From: Balanoglossus misakiensis
Lineage: Eukaryota > Animalia > Hemichordata
Direction: 5' to 3'
Length of the DNA: 64,000 nt
NCBI GenBank assembly: GCA_040954595.2
Contig: CM082596.2
Span: forward strand, 4,457,025 to 4,521,024
In this document: positions 1 to 12,810 of the stretch, piece after piece
Layout: every line of letters starts with the position of its first letter
Numbering within the stretch: position 1 is the stretch's first letter
The notes under the pieces: generated by a model
Database searches by the model: none
Told to the model about the DNA's origin: nothing
The model's input: the letters and a program-made list of their open reading frames with translations, nothing else
Position numbers and translations under genes: made by a program

Positions 1-1570
1 GCTTGGCGAGGCTGTTAGCATGTGGTTAATTCACTGTGGAGTGATATGTCCAAGGACACCTGTAATGATTTTGCTGTGGCGTTTTGATCTTAACTATAGA
101 TTGTTGTCCAAAACACCTGCGTTGTTCACAGACGCGGTGGTGCAATGTCAGACCTGTAACCGGCACCTATTGATGGACAAGACCATTATTAAATATCACA
201 GCATCACTGTCAATGAACTACAATCATTACATGTCCTGCATATAGGACGACTCACGCAACATTGTCTGCATTCAACGGAAACGGAGGTATATTAGAAATA
301 TCATTACCGCTTGGCGATTTGAATTCCGGGCCAGTCACCAATTCCACAAGTGGACCCCTGAGAATTGCTTTTAATAATGTTACGATGACGGCGCACGAGA
401 CAGTTGCGAAAAGTGATCTCATCCAATTTATCTTGTGTGCAATCAGTCTGTTGGGTAAATATTTCTTTATTATCAGCAACATCAAATTCCTTCTCGAGTT
501 TTCAATATAGGGTAAATTGCATGTCCACACGGAAGCGCGTCTTCGGTAAGCACCGACACCGATAAAATGGGTTTACCTGCATGACTGGTATGATACATCG
601 TCAGGGTCTGCAGTATCTGACCCAAGCAGTGATCAGAAACTGAAATTTTTAAGACTTCAAAAGTTGTTTACCATTAATACATGCCGCCTTTTTGGGCAGC
701 CAGGGAAACATCATGTCCACCAACTGTTTAATCACACCAATCGCACTCGTGTCCACTTGACATAAATTTTAATCTCTGTTATAAAATAAATTAGATCTGC
801 AGAGATCACGTTCTCCGGGATCAAAATTAATTTGGGCGCTTGGTTATGATGTAGTTGTCTTGCCCGTTGCACTTCATATGGGAACCAATGAGTGCAGTGC
901 ACTTTTGTTAGATTTTGGAAGGAAGGGTCCATTAGACTTATGCGAACACTCCGCATGCGTCGTATGTCTGATGTTGTTAGCCTGAACAGGACTTGTTCGA
1001 AAACACTTTAGTATCTTTTTCTGAACGTTTATACGATGATTTCTGGTGCAATTATCACATGAACTGGCCCTGATCACCACCTGTGTGACGTAGACCAGGA
1101 CAGATCAAAAATCCTGATCACCCCTGTGTTACGTCATCAACCGGAACTATTTCCACCGATTCGCCGTAGCTTTGTTGTCAAACAAAAACAGTACGTGTAG
1201 CGCGCGGCATTTACAATACAGAAATGAAATAAAAAAATTACGGTTCCATGACAATAACGCTTTGTAAGCTCAAAACAGAAAGGTGGAATTTGGAAAGAAG
1301 ACAGTCGACGCAACGATCATGGACGATCGTGGCTGTCAAAGTTTTGGGTCAGGTGTACATAGCCTAGGCTAGGCGCAAGTCCGGTACGTTCCGAGTCGAA
1401 TCAGCGTGGGGAATTGTTTCGAGCCAGTTCAGCGTGACGACTGAACCTCTCTATTGCACCGGTCAACGAAATGTATAAGACGTGGCAACAGGTTGCAGTA
1501 AAATTGTTAGAGAATCGATTACATTTGTGTAAGGCCGAACTTCGAGCGAACGGAACTCAACGGGACGACT

Positions 1571-1664
1571 TGTTGGGAGATTTTATGAATGATCAGCGAT
1601 AGTTCACCATTTGCGTATATGCAAATGATGAACTATCGCTGATCATTCATAAAATCTCCCAACA
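1571..1664. repeat. Near-perfect 94-bp palindrome (foldback/MITE-like)
   Basis: Left arm tgttgggagattttatgaatgatcagcgatagttcaccatttgc is the reverse complement of right arm gcaaatgatgaactatcgctgatcattcataaaatctcccaaca (1 mismatch), around a central gtatat. Confidence 0.9.
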
Positions 1665-1792
1665 TATATCTCCTGGGGGACATAATCCCGCTCAGTAAAA
1701 TACGACACCGCTCCAAAATTGTTGCAAGGTACTGAATTGTTTTAGTCCTGCCTCTTCTAACGAAAAATAAGAAGACTGTTCATGTGATAAAT

Positions 1793-1951
1793 ATATAATC
1801 CCATGATATCTTTCTTTGTTTAACGTCATCGTATACTCGTGGTTTTCGCGGAAGCGTACAACTTCTCGCCTGCGGCTCGAAGTTGCACTGCTCCGCGAAA
1901 ACCACTCGTATACGATGACGTCAAACAAAGAAAGATATCATGGGATTATAT
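1793..1951. mobile_element. Palindromic non-autonomous DNA element (MITE/foldback), ~160 bp
   Basis: Arms atataatcccatgatatctttctttgtttaacgtcatcgtata-ctcgtggttttcgcgga and tccgcgaaaaccac-tcgtatacgatgacgtcaaacaaagaaagatatcatgggattatat, with an inner stem caacttc...gaagttg around cgcctgcggctcg. The mirror-image ORFs 1692-1928(-) and 1816-2097(+) are an artefact of this symmetry. The inverted repeat is seen directly; transposon origin is inferred. Confidence 0.75.
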
Positions 1952-4900
1952 GTAAATATCCCCTGCATATTACTGGGATTTTTGATTGCATTGTTTCCAA
2001 AGCATTTTTTTCAGGAAATGTGTTGAAATATAAAATTTTCAAAGTGTCCAGGGGAAAGGGAACAATTACTTGTAAAGCGTTGATTAAATCTGGTTAGTTT
2101 TGAAACAGCACCTGCACGACTACATCAAAAAATATGCTTCATGACGTCAAAAGCCTGCAGTCGGCGTACGAGCAGACTTTCCAAAACGTGACAAAACGAT
2201 AAGAGTTTTCTGTATTGCAATTGTATTTCCTCAGGTTGACACTGCAGCATGTTTTGTTCATCTCTGAAAGGTATACATCAACAGTCTCAATGTCAGAGTG
2301 TCCGAAATGTTCAAGGACAATGATTGTGACATTTGAAGATGTTTATTTTATATTTGCTCCGATTTCTGAGAGTTAGTGGGTGGATAAAGCAACGATAACC
2401 TCTCACGTTTTTCCGAATAATTTTGACAAATCATTGCTGTGCGCATTGTGTATGTATAGGAATACCATTTCGTGTTCAACTATGGTTCTTACGTTGTCTT
2501 GTCATCTGCTGGTCAAACACTGGTAACAGCAAACACGCAATTGAAGGGATTATTCAAACTCCTCGGGGCGGCTTCATTCAAGTGTGATAACGTAATAACG
2601 TATAACTATACTGCAGTGACCATCGCTCGCCTTGCTCTCTCATTCGTGTTCAGCTTCGTAGAGCGCACTTCCGTCGCACGATGCCCAGGCCTGCAGGGCT
2701 TAGGCTCTGACTAATCGCTTAGCTGATGTAAATGCCGCCTCATTTGTCTTAACTACAAACCTCATCTCCGTCCGAGATTGTTTCCCCATTTTCCCCGGCG
2801 ATTATTTTCGCCTTAATTGCAATCAATTTGGCGGCAAGTAATTTTTTTCTGACCCGGTGTAACGTCGAGTCACCGCGGCACAGAGTCGAGCCTAAAGGTT
2901 AAAGAATATACATTTCAAAAATTATTGATATTCGGTGGATTTTTTCCCTTCTGGTTGTTAACCCAGTAATTGAGTTCAGTTCTCTCTTAAATTGCAACAG
3001 AACCTTTACTAACGAGCCAGTTAGACAGTATCTGATGAGAAAAGACTGTGTATTGGAAGTAATGATGCTTGACGTTGCAGAGTTGTTTTTACCATAACAT
3101 AACTAAATTTCTGTGTGCGATACTTGTGCTTCTCTTTTGTGGGCTAATGATCGACTTTCATTGACGGATGATGGTTCTGTGGCTTTGATTAACAGCCACT
3201 CTGCATTGGCATCAACACAGTCAGACAAATTTAAGAACCGAAGGAATGACCAGCCTGATACCTGCAGTACGGCAGTGATGGTGTGAGACCAGAAAAACTC
3301 GAGATCTCGCGACATCTCGCAGGGTATCGTGGAGTTCGGAAAATGGTATATTCTGTCTGTAAATCCCATTGGGGGAGGTTTTCTTTAATCTGTGCCACCA
3401 ACGCATAAAATAATATGTCTGGATTATAAGACCAATATGCTGACATCCTTTGATCACAAGTTATTGGGCCCATCAAACTTTGATTACATTCATTCAAATA
3501 AAAACGATTGTTGCACCTGCAATTAATTGAAAAGACGAAATCCCCAAATTACAGAAAACAGTAAAAAATCGAACCAGCATTATCATCTTCTGGGGTTTAT
3601 GTAAATTTTGACCGAAGAATAAACTTGCCAGGGAAAAGAACTCTGGGCAGATTATGTACAGTACCTCAAGGGTTGTATTCCTGCGATAAATTACAATTCA
3701 AAGCACGTTCCATTTTGAGTATTTTCCTTGTAAAAATTGTCTGATGTGTCTCACATACTCGAATTTAAATCCTGTCAATTCTGTGGCTGAATCCTGGCAA
3801 TATTGAGTGTACAACTGTTTATTATTCTAACAAGAAATATGCAATGCGGCTCTGTTTTGGTGAAGTAACACCTATTCAATACTCACTCGAAACATTTGTA
3901 GCTAACTCCGACAGACAGACGGTTCTCACACTAAATGACAAATGAATCGATAACATTCACTTGCTTTGGCTGCGGGGCTTCCATTTGAAGATATACTCAA
4001 ATTAATAGATGGATACGTATATTTCGCTGATTTTACTGTAGGTCAGAAATGACATTTTATCGTCCTTGTCCTTGGTAAGTCTGATGAAAACAGTTTCATT
4101 TTATAAAAACAAGTTGGAGTCACAAGTTACCGCAACTTCTGTTAAAGTTGGGATCCAATCAACAACTTGAAACTGGCAATATGTTAGCCTTGATGAGTAC
4201 GATAAGAGCGCATGCAGTCAACGTGAAATGGACAGTTGAATAAAGGGGTGTGGCACCCATTTATTATTTTACTATTTCATATTTAAATGTACAGCCACAA
4301 TTAGATGGAGCTTTAATACTTCCTTCCCAGAGGCTCGCTCGGTCGGTAAATTCAACGAACCATTTTTCTTACTGTTTGAAGATCCTCTCACACATGTATA
4401 ACATCCCTTATTTAATTTCCAGTCTTACCAGGGCTGTCTGCAGTGACATCATCGCGTGCAATTAACGGCGGGCATATATGTAGCCAACAATAAGTTCTAA
4501 TTTCCGGAAGACAAGCAATATCCTACAGCAAGACATCTAACGCAAAATAAACGACATGTGACGTTTACATAAAGCCGTTGACATAATCTCTTAATCGGTA
4601 TTCACTGATCATTCAGTTGTTTTTTCTCTCGCGGTAGCACTTACTTAGTACGCTGTTTTTTCCCTTTGAAATCAAACAAACTTGCCTGCGTTAGTTACAG
4701 AATAATTTCTCTCAGTGTCCGCGGCAAAAAACTATTACATCTTTCACAAATCCAGTATCATCCCAAGATCGAGATATGCATGGTAACTGAACGCTATATT
4801 TCAACGTATAGCGCAGTACCTGTTGACAACAGTTGCCTTCATTCATAAATATCGCGCCCTGCTCTGAGATCGTGATCGAAATTACCCACGGTTATCGATC

Positions 4901-7900
4901 TGACAAAGGCCGTGGGCAGATTCCATGTCTTCAGATATATATGCACTGTAAATGTCACATTGGGTGTAAATATAGACGCCAACTCATCGTACTCTTCACT
5001 AACTTCATTGAAACAGAAAACGACCCGTTGTACAGTGACAATACAATTTCAGATTAATATTGGCGCAAAGTTTTATACATTTTTTTAAATCACGCTCAAG
5101 CTTAATTGCCAGCATTATTTCCTAATTACCACTGTTGACCTAATATAGCTATACCCATCCCATACATGGAAACACAAACACATGTACCGGTACACTGATA
5201 TACTAAGCTCGCATGTAAACCTATTCCTGCTAACACGTACCATACGTCAATAATGCCAACGTTTTGAAATCTTACAAAACGGCCCGTTGTCACTGTACAT
5301 TAATCCTATAGAACAGGAATATACGGATGAAACTTAAAATTTACCAAGCCCTGGAACAAATCTCGACAGTCTGATTAGGTCTGGTATGCTTACCGTTGTT
5401 AGTATCGCATATTGAAAAATTCGTAAACAAAACACTACTGTAGTAAACTGCAGAAATACGTCAACGATATCTTTGTTATCATTTTATTTTCAGACCACGA
5501 TTCGACGTGATGACGTTAGTCTATAGTATAGTACGGTCACAAACATTTCATTTTACTTACACTTTTGACGTCAGAACTTGGGTAACAAGATCGGATTGTT
5601 GAATAGGCAAGCATGGTTTTCCTAGTGGCCATTATTCTGTATTTTACATTGATCATCAAAATATTTAGTTAAATTCTCACATGAATGTAGTTGGTTGATG
5701 AGATATACGTTATAGGGGACATCCGTCCGACTGAAAATGATGGAGAATTACGAAAAATGGCAATGTGTTTTCCCTGCTCTTTTCATATATGAACAATGCA
5801 CTTCAAAACACGGAGGGGCGTCTGTCTCAATTCGTAACAGTTGGTGGCATTCTGCGTCGTGCAGATTTGTGTCGGTGAAGTTATTGGCAAACACATCACG
5901 TGATCACGCTGGCACTAATCAGCTGGCCCTGAACACAACAACATGTTACCATCTCCCACAGATAAGCCGCCATGTTGTGAGAGTGCATTCTTGTGTGAAG
6001 ATGTCAGTGATAGTGCGTGCAAGTCCCTTTACGCATGTTCAAATTGCTGTCATTATTATTAAAATATGAACATTATCCTTGGATCACCACGCGGCGTAAT
6101 TGACAGAAAAAAAACATCTTCCAACAAGATTTCATCCTGTGACCCCCAAACCTGATATCACGGTGTCGGCAAATATTTTGTGACTATCTGCAATTTGACG
6201 TTTCAAAGAAAATTTCATTCCGCGGAAGTGCGTACTACACAGCACAGATAAACGCGAGTATTTGTTTTTTCACAGCCAAATACATCACTCAATCCGTAGA
6301 GTCTAGAGACAGGATTTATTTTCTGGAAATAAAATAACTCTTTCATCCGGGGCTTGGCGAATGATGAACTTGTAACTACATGTATTGCTATTATGGATAT
6401 GTATATAGTCATTCATTTGCTTGAGAAGTGAAAATCAAAACATCCCTTTAGTCTACTGAACGAGGCTTTATTCTTCAGCCAAAGGCAGAAATCAGTTTCG
6501 TGCCTGATCAACCGAAGCGTCAATAACTCCAGATTAACTTTTCAGAATCAAATCATGGGAAGTCAACGAACAAACAATCACCCCTTGCGGGTCCACACCG
6601 AAACCCCCTGGTATTAAGTATTGCAGAAATATATTTAAATATGCCCCGTTCAACATCAAATTTATCACCGTGGGCTTGTCAGATGAGTCGCTGATTTATA
6701 TATGTTGAATTAACTCAATGGAGCGCTCAAAGGTTTTACAGAGAGACCTCCAAGAGAAAAATGATGCCTACGAAGTACTTTTCGGTTGTGCACTGACCGA
6801 TTAACAACCAGTTTTAATATAGCATTCGGAGATGTTAATTTAATGCTATATAGAAATTTCTATCAAAATTCATAACACTAGAATAAATTACTTGGTCTAC
6901 TTCCTATGGACTGATTTGGTTGTAATCTTTTGGCTTTACGGCTATAAATTAAGCACAAGCGTCACACAGTTTGTGTTATTAATGCGATAATAAATAACTA
7001 TGCTGGATACTAAAATGGCAGTGCTTGATCCCTGTCTCATATTTATGAATGGACGTTCTCTGACTTTGCACTAAGAGTAGGAGGCTCCAGTATTATGTGG
7101 CACAGCAACGCTGAAATTCCCTACAAAGTATGTACAAGCTGTATTGAGCCATTTCAATTTCATCAGATTTTCGAATTCAAAGTATAAGTGCCTTTCGACC
7201 TTATTCATCGTGAGTTCGCGTTATTAGTTTACTACGTTTGGGAAATAAACACCTGGGAAAAGTAAAGATGTCGCGGGGGATAAAATATGCGCAACCCTAA
7301 AAGCATTGCACATGGAAACAACTTGTACAAACCAGATGTCGACAATCTCGTGGGATATTGAAACAAGAGGTACGTGGCTGTGCCATTGCATAATTAAGGA
7401 TAGAGATTGTTACAAGAGATTCGACGTTGAATTGACAATTCAGTAAGGCAAGCAAAAGTGCAAAAGACGAAATGCAGGTAGAAGATGCTTACTTCACTCA
7501 AAATGAATTCACAAACTCGTATCACGTGAAGTGTTCTTCAAAGTATAGAGTAAGCGCATAGCGTGTCATGAACGCGTAAGACATGGGATCAAGTGGACAG
7601 TAACCGAAACCATCAGCTCAGCCCTGAATTCGAAACTCAGCTCAGTACCGAAACTCGCTCAAAGCACACATTTGCAACTTTTATATGACATCTGCCCTAT
7701 TAGGAAATGCAATATCTAATCACAGTGAAGAAAACCTGAATACATTGAGGAAAAACTAAATTACCAACGCAGGATATGAAAACCGCGTTACATTCTTGAT
7801 TACTGGAAATGGAAACGTGCATTCGTATCGGGAAAAAATCAAATATTTCCCCGATAACATTGGAGGACGTTCTTGTTAGCGAGGCCACATTGATCCCTCA

Positions 7901-10900
7901 TCAGAGGGTGCAAACAACCGCAAAAGGTATTAGCATTTTGAAATTAAATGATACACGCATCACCCATGAACTAGATCGCCGGAGATAATCGACTAACCCA
8001 ACTTTCATCAATACCAGCTGGTTGGCCGTCAGCCTGTAAGGAGTACAGACAATGTTCATTCGACCTACATCATGGTGTTCACACACAAATAGAAATAGTT
8101 TTAAACCCACTTTTGAAACATTATACAAAACATACAGTCGAATGTGTAAAGGAATCCGTTTAATGGTTTAAGGGACACTCGAGTTTTGTAAATCTGTGTT
8201 AAAATCACTGTGTGTTTTTTTCACTTCAAATTACGCACGAATAAGCCTTCACATGATGGCGTATCTCGAACATCCGTAAAAATCTGATAATTGAAAAACA
8301 TGGCCGGTCAGCGACCCTATTAAGCGTTGGCAAATTACCGACCGAAAACGTTTTTCAGTGCCTCGTCATAAATAAAACTTCAAAGCTATTTCTTTGGGTA
8401 TGAGCTGAAAAGTTATGGTCATAAGCAATAATTGGTAACTTCCAATCTTCAAAATAATAGACTTTAGAAATGAAATGAGCAGATACGTGTTAGGGTGTGT
8501 TCGTTCACCCGTTATTAAACAGTGCAAATCACTCAGACTGGATTGCAGACGCCAAGATAAATAAATTGTCGAGGAAGTAATAAAATCCTTCTTAATACCC
8601 ATCGAGTTGTTTACTGTGACAATCAAGTTAAATTGACTGTGATAAAACAAGAACACTGGACAGCTGGATTTCCTTTTCATATACTCATTCGTACACCACG
8701 AAGGAGTATTCTCCTCGGATGAATTTACATACTGACAGTAATACCATTTCTGATTTGATTCATGGAACCGATTTGCGCAGTTCGTTCTAATCGGGGTATG
8801 TGTGGATGGCTATAAAACTACACCGGTATGGAAATCACACGAGCAAAAACTTTAAATTGCGGCTAGTCATTGAGTTCATAATAATTTTCCAGTCACCTCG
8901 TCAACTGACAACCCATACGTTCATGTCTCACAATTTCTATATTGATAAAATGGCTGACCTAAAATTGCCACCCATTTGTTTTCTCATTTAGAGCTAGAAA
9001 TGGTCATACTGACGGCATATCGTCTGAGTTTTTGATTTAGTATAAAACCAATACTACACAATTCCAAGCTATATCCGACTGGCACGTAGGCACACATGTC
9101 ATTTTCTCAATTTACAAGGAGGCTGATGATATGAAACAAACACAAATATGACGCCCTGCAGCCATAACAGTAATCCACCAATACTGGTTGGCACACACAC
9201 AAGAACCACACCCGTGCTCAACTCCTGCAGTGCATGTTCAATGGAGCGTGTTTGCTCGTGAATCTTAACAAGGATTGTCATGGTAACATGTCAAGCGTAA
9301 AATAGAGCTTAGGTTCACGCGTTAACTTGAACTATGATGTGTCAGCCATATTCGTTGCCTGCATGCGCAGTATGTCGTTTTCCCAAACTGTCACACCGAG
9401 AGATTATTGGATAAAGTCACACTGAAAGCAATGCAGTGCGGCAAACGCCTCACAGTCACATACCCGCAGAATTCAATTGTCTCAACCCGGACATGATCGA
9501 GCTGAACCTAAGGGACATGGCTGCCGTAACTTTCATTCATTCATTCACCCAATCCCTACATCCCTCTGTCCACCAATCCATTTACTTCCGTTAGCGTCAA
9601 ATCCCACTTGCGTAATATTACGTATCAGAAGCGTTGGATGGTATTCTGTAATTTCTGCATGCACACAGTACTTTTTCAGGTTTCCCGAAACTAAATATCA
9701 AATTACATGGCAACTGCCGATTTTTCTACTAAAGGTAATTTGCGTTTTCAGTCTTTATGTATATATTATGGCTTCACAAAATAATCGCACTCCTTACGCA
9801 AGAATTAAGTTACATCATGCATGATCGGGTTTCAAGAAAATTAAATGCCTCGTATGGAACTCAGCGGCGACTAAGAAATATAGTTTGTTGACATAATGTT
9901 TTCCTTCAGTGGCGACAGCTAATGTAGAAAATGCTGGATAAAAAGTCAACTGTCACAAAATGTTGATTATAAGGCAATTGGGTCAGAATTAAGCATACCC
10001 AAATTTTGTTTTCTTTGTCTTTCACCAAGATGTAGGCCAATATGCCCTTCTGAGGTGTGGTTTGAAATTCCTGCCTGCAGGTGTATTGGTTCATTTCAAA
10101 GACGTGACAGTTCTATGTTTGTTCTCATCCAAGCGAAGTTTGCATCTCAACACACTACCGTGACTCACCTTCAGTCGCAGCACGACGCATCTAACTTCCA
10201 GCCATGAAATTAAGCATGTAACAGATGGAAAGTCATCAATGATGAATTGGTTGCGTTCTACGAACATTTACTGTATTTCTAAGAACCTTAATAATGAAAA
10301 AAGTCATTTTATGGGGCTTTCCTTTTACATGTAGTCACTCAGTTGGCGGCGGTTTTCATAATGAGCCTGCCTTCCCAGTAATCCGCTTTAAAGTACCCAA
10401 TGGGCGACCGGAACATTGTCACCAAAGCAATAAATGGATGAACTATCTAAATTGTTATGAATGCCAATATTTGTTACCTAGGCAACACCAAAACTTAGAG
10501 TCGAAGGAAATCCGGCTTCGTATATCGTTTTGTATATTTTGTTCTTTCTTTACGTTTATGTGCACAGCCTTTTAATAAGACTAATAGGCCCCTGATGTCT
10601 TCATCCGTTAAATGCACTTCAAGGAACGTGTGAATGTAAAGTGTGGAAGAACTTTGCTTCAAAAGCCCCTGCGGTGTCGCACAGGAAACCCCTGCCTCGA
10701 TAAAAATCGTTTTTTTCGGAACTACAGAAATGCATTTTCAATTTCGTCCTGATTGAATTAAGCCAGTCTTTCCACACTGGGATGTTTTTAAAGATACTGT
10801 TTGTGGGTCACTAAGGAGGCGTTTATTTCCTCCTGATGGATACAGCGCGCAATTGACCACCTTAATGATTCTCGGAAATAATAGAATGCTTACACTATGA

Positions 10901-12758
10901 TTACATGTTATGGACACGAAAATGTGTGCCACGTAGGGAGGTCTATAGAAACGGATGTTCTGTTGATATCTGCCCTGGTTTCAGTCTCAATGAGTACATC
11001 ACGCGTACGGAAAAGCGGTTAATGGTAACTCGCTATTCACACAAAATATGAAATGTGTCTATGTAGTAGCACTGTGACGTGCACAGTGTTCGAGAAAAAC
11101 ACAAAGCTCAGGTTGGTTTAATGCTAGGTTCCGTAAATTAGCAAACAGTGCATTAAGTATGCCAAAACGCAAGTTTACATTCAAATTATGCATCCTGTGC
11201 TTTGAATCAGACATGAAGAATTATGGACAAATGTAAAATCACCAGACACTTTATAACAATCTCCCAGAGGACACGAGTCAAATGTTAATTGAATAATATC
11301 TGATTTGCAAATTGGGATTCTCATAAAATTTCTTTACACTGACACGTGCCACATCAAGAAGATCTGCATAAGATCCTTTACTACCCCCCTCTCTCCTCTT
11401 CTGCAATGTGCAGGAATACGAGTGTGGTTACCCTTGCGGCGGTACACAACAAGCGAGTAGTTTCCACCTATGCATTTTAGTGTGATAAATTATCGGAATT
11501 GGTAAACATTGTTTTCTTTTTCTACAAGCGCCGGGCTTTCAGGCGAGTGATATACGTTCCGTGTAAACTCCGTCGACAGAATAATTGATGACATAAAGCG
11601 AACGTGACTTGAGTATTCATTGATGCATCTACCGAGTAAAACTTTTAATAGTTTAAATCGGAAGTAAATCAATAACTTCCATCACTTCGCTGCAGGAATA
11701 TGTATGTGGAGTTTACATAGTGGTTGATTTTAGGTATGTTATGTTCGTGTAATGGTCTGGCGTGTACAATATAGGGCTCGGTTGGACTGTCTGACATGTC
11801 GGCTCTTGAGTCTTGTGCACTCCACCCAGGACCTCTGGTTAAACTGGCAACCTGGACAATTTGGTCAGTCAAGTCATGCAAAGAAGCCATCAACTCGCGC
11901 CATTAGTGCATTAAACGAAGTCCAGCGTTATAATCAGAGGAAATGTTGAGAAACACGACGGGTCAGGGGCAGGAATTGAATCTAATCCTTCTTCTGTTCC
12001 CCGAGGTTAAGTATTATGCCATTTTGTACCGATTAATAATCTTTACGTCAGGAGGTTAGTCTTGCCTACCACAAACTACGGAAATTTCAATTCCCCTCCA
12101 TTGCAAGCGATGAATTAATCCAGAGGGCGGCTAATTGACTTTGACCAGCGTCGACTTGTTACACTCAACTAGAGTTGAGTTATGGTCGTATTAAGGATAT
12201 CAAGCCCGGCTGCTTGTAACGATCTTGGGAGGCGTTGTGATTATAAACGATGTTGATTGCCTGCTTTTATTGTTCCAACGGTACGTGAGTCGCTATTATT
12301 TGTGACATTTGCGTGATCAGAGGGCGATTAGGGCTGACGACACTTATACGTGCCTGTCGCAGTAACGCCACATAGGGTGACAGACTGACCGAACAGTGAT
12401 TGACACATCATGCCACTCAGCTCGGTTTGGGCTTAACGGAGTTGAATGGCAACATTGTGACGTTCTAAAATAAAGCTGTTCTATGTGTCAGTATATCACA
12501 CTGTGGCGCCACTCGCCAAAAGCACAAAAATCACGCGTCTATTCGTATTGCAAGATCCTATGATATCTGTCATTCCGAGAAAATCAACAGAGGAATATAT
12601 GTCATTGCTGACAGGTATATCGTTAACATGGGAGGGGGGACAATCCAGCATTTTTTAACAACAAATCCAGCATTCTAAGTTAGTGGGGGATTATTTTCAC
12701 TTTGTCAAAAGTTGTTGTATTTGAAGGTTGGAAATTAAAAGTTGTTATGACAAGTATA

Positions 12759-12810
12759 GCCTTAACTAGAATTATCCTTGTTTTCAAACACGGATAATTC
12801 TAGTTAAGGC
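12759..12810. repeat. 52-bp hairpin with perfect 19-bp arms
   Basis: gccttaactagaattatcc / ggataattctagttaaggc, with further tgttt/aaaca pairing in the spacer. Confidence 0.85.

Noticed and set aside
20-1080. Several 68-92 aa ORFs and a - strand donor (ttgc|gtgagt near 255)
   Set aside because: No recognisable domain and no consistent exon chain; may be decayed transposon sequence or a gene extending outside the window.
1692-2097. Two near-identical ORFs on opposite strands
   Set aside because: Artefact of the 1793-1951 palindrome.
3103-3497. Three overlapping - strand ORFs
   Set aside because: No homology recognised and no supporting splice structure.
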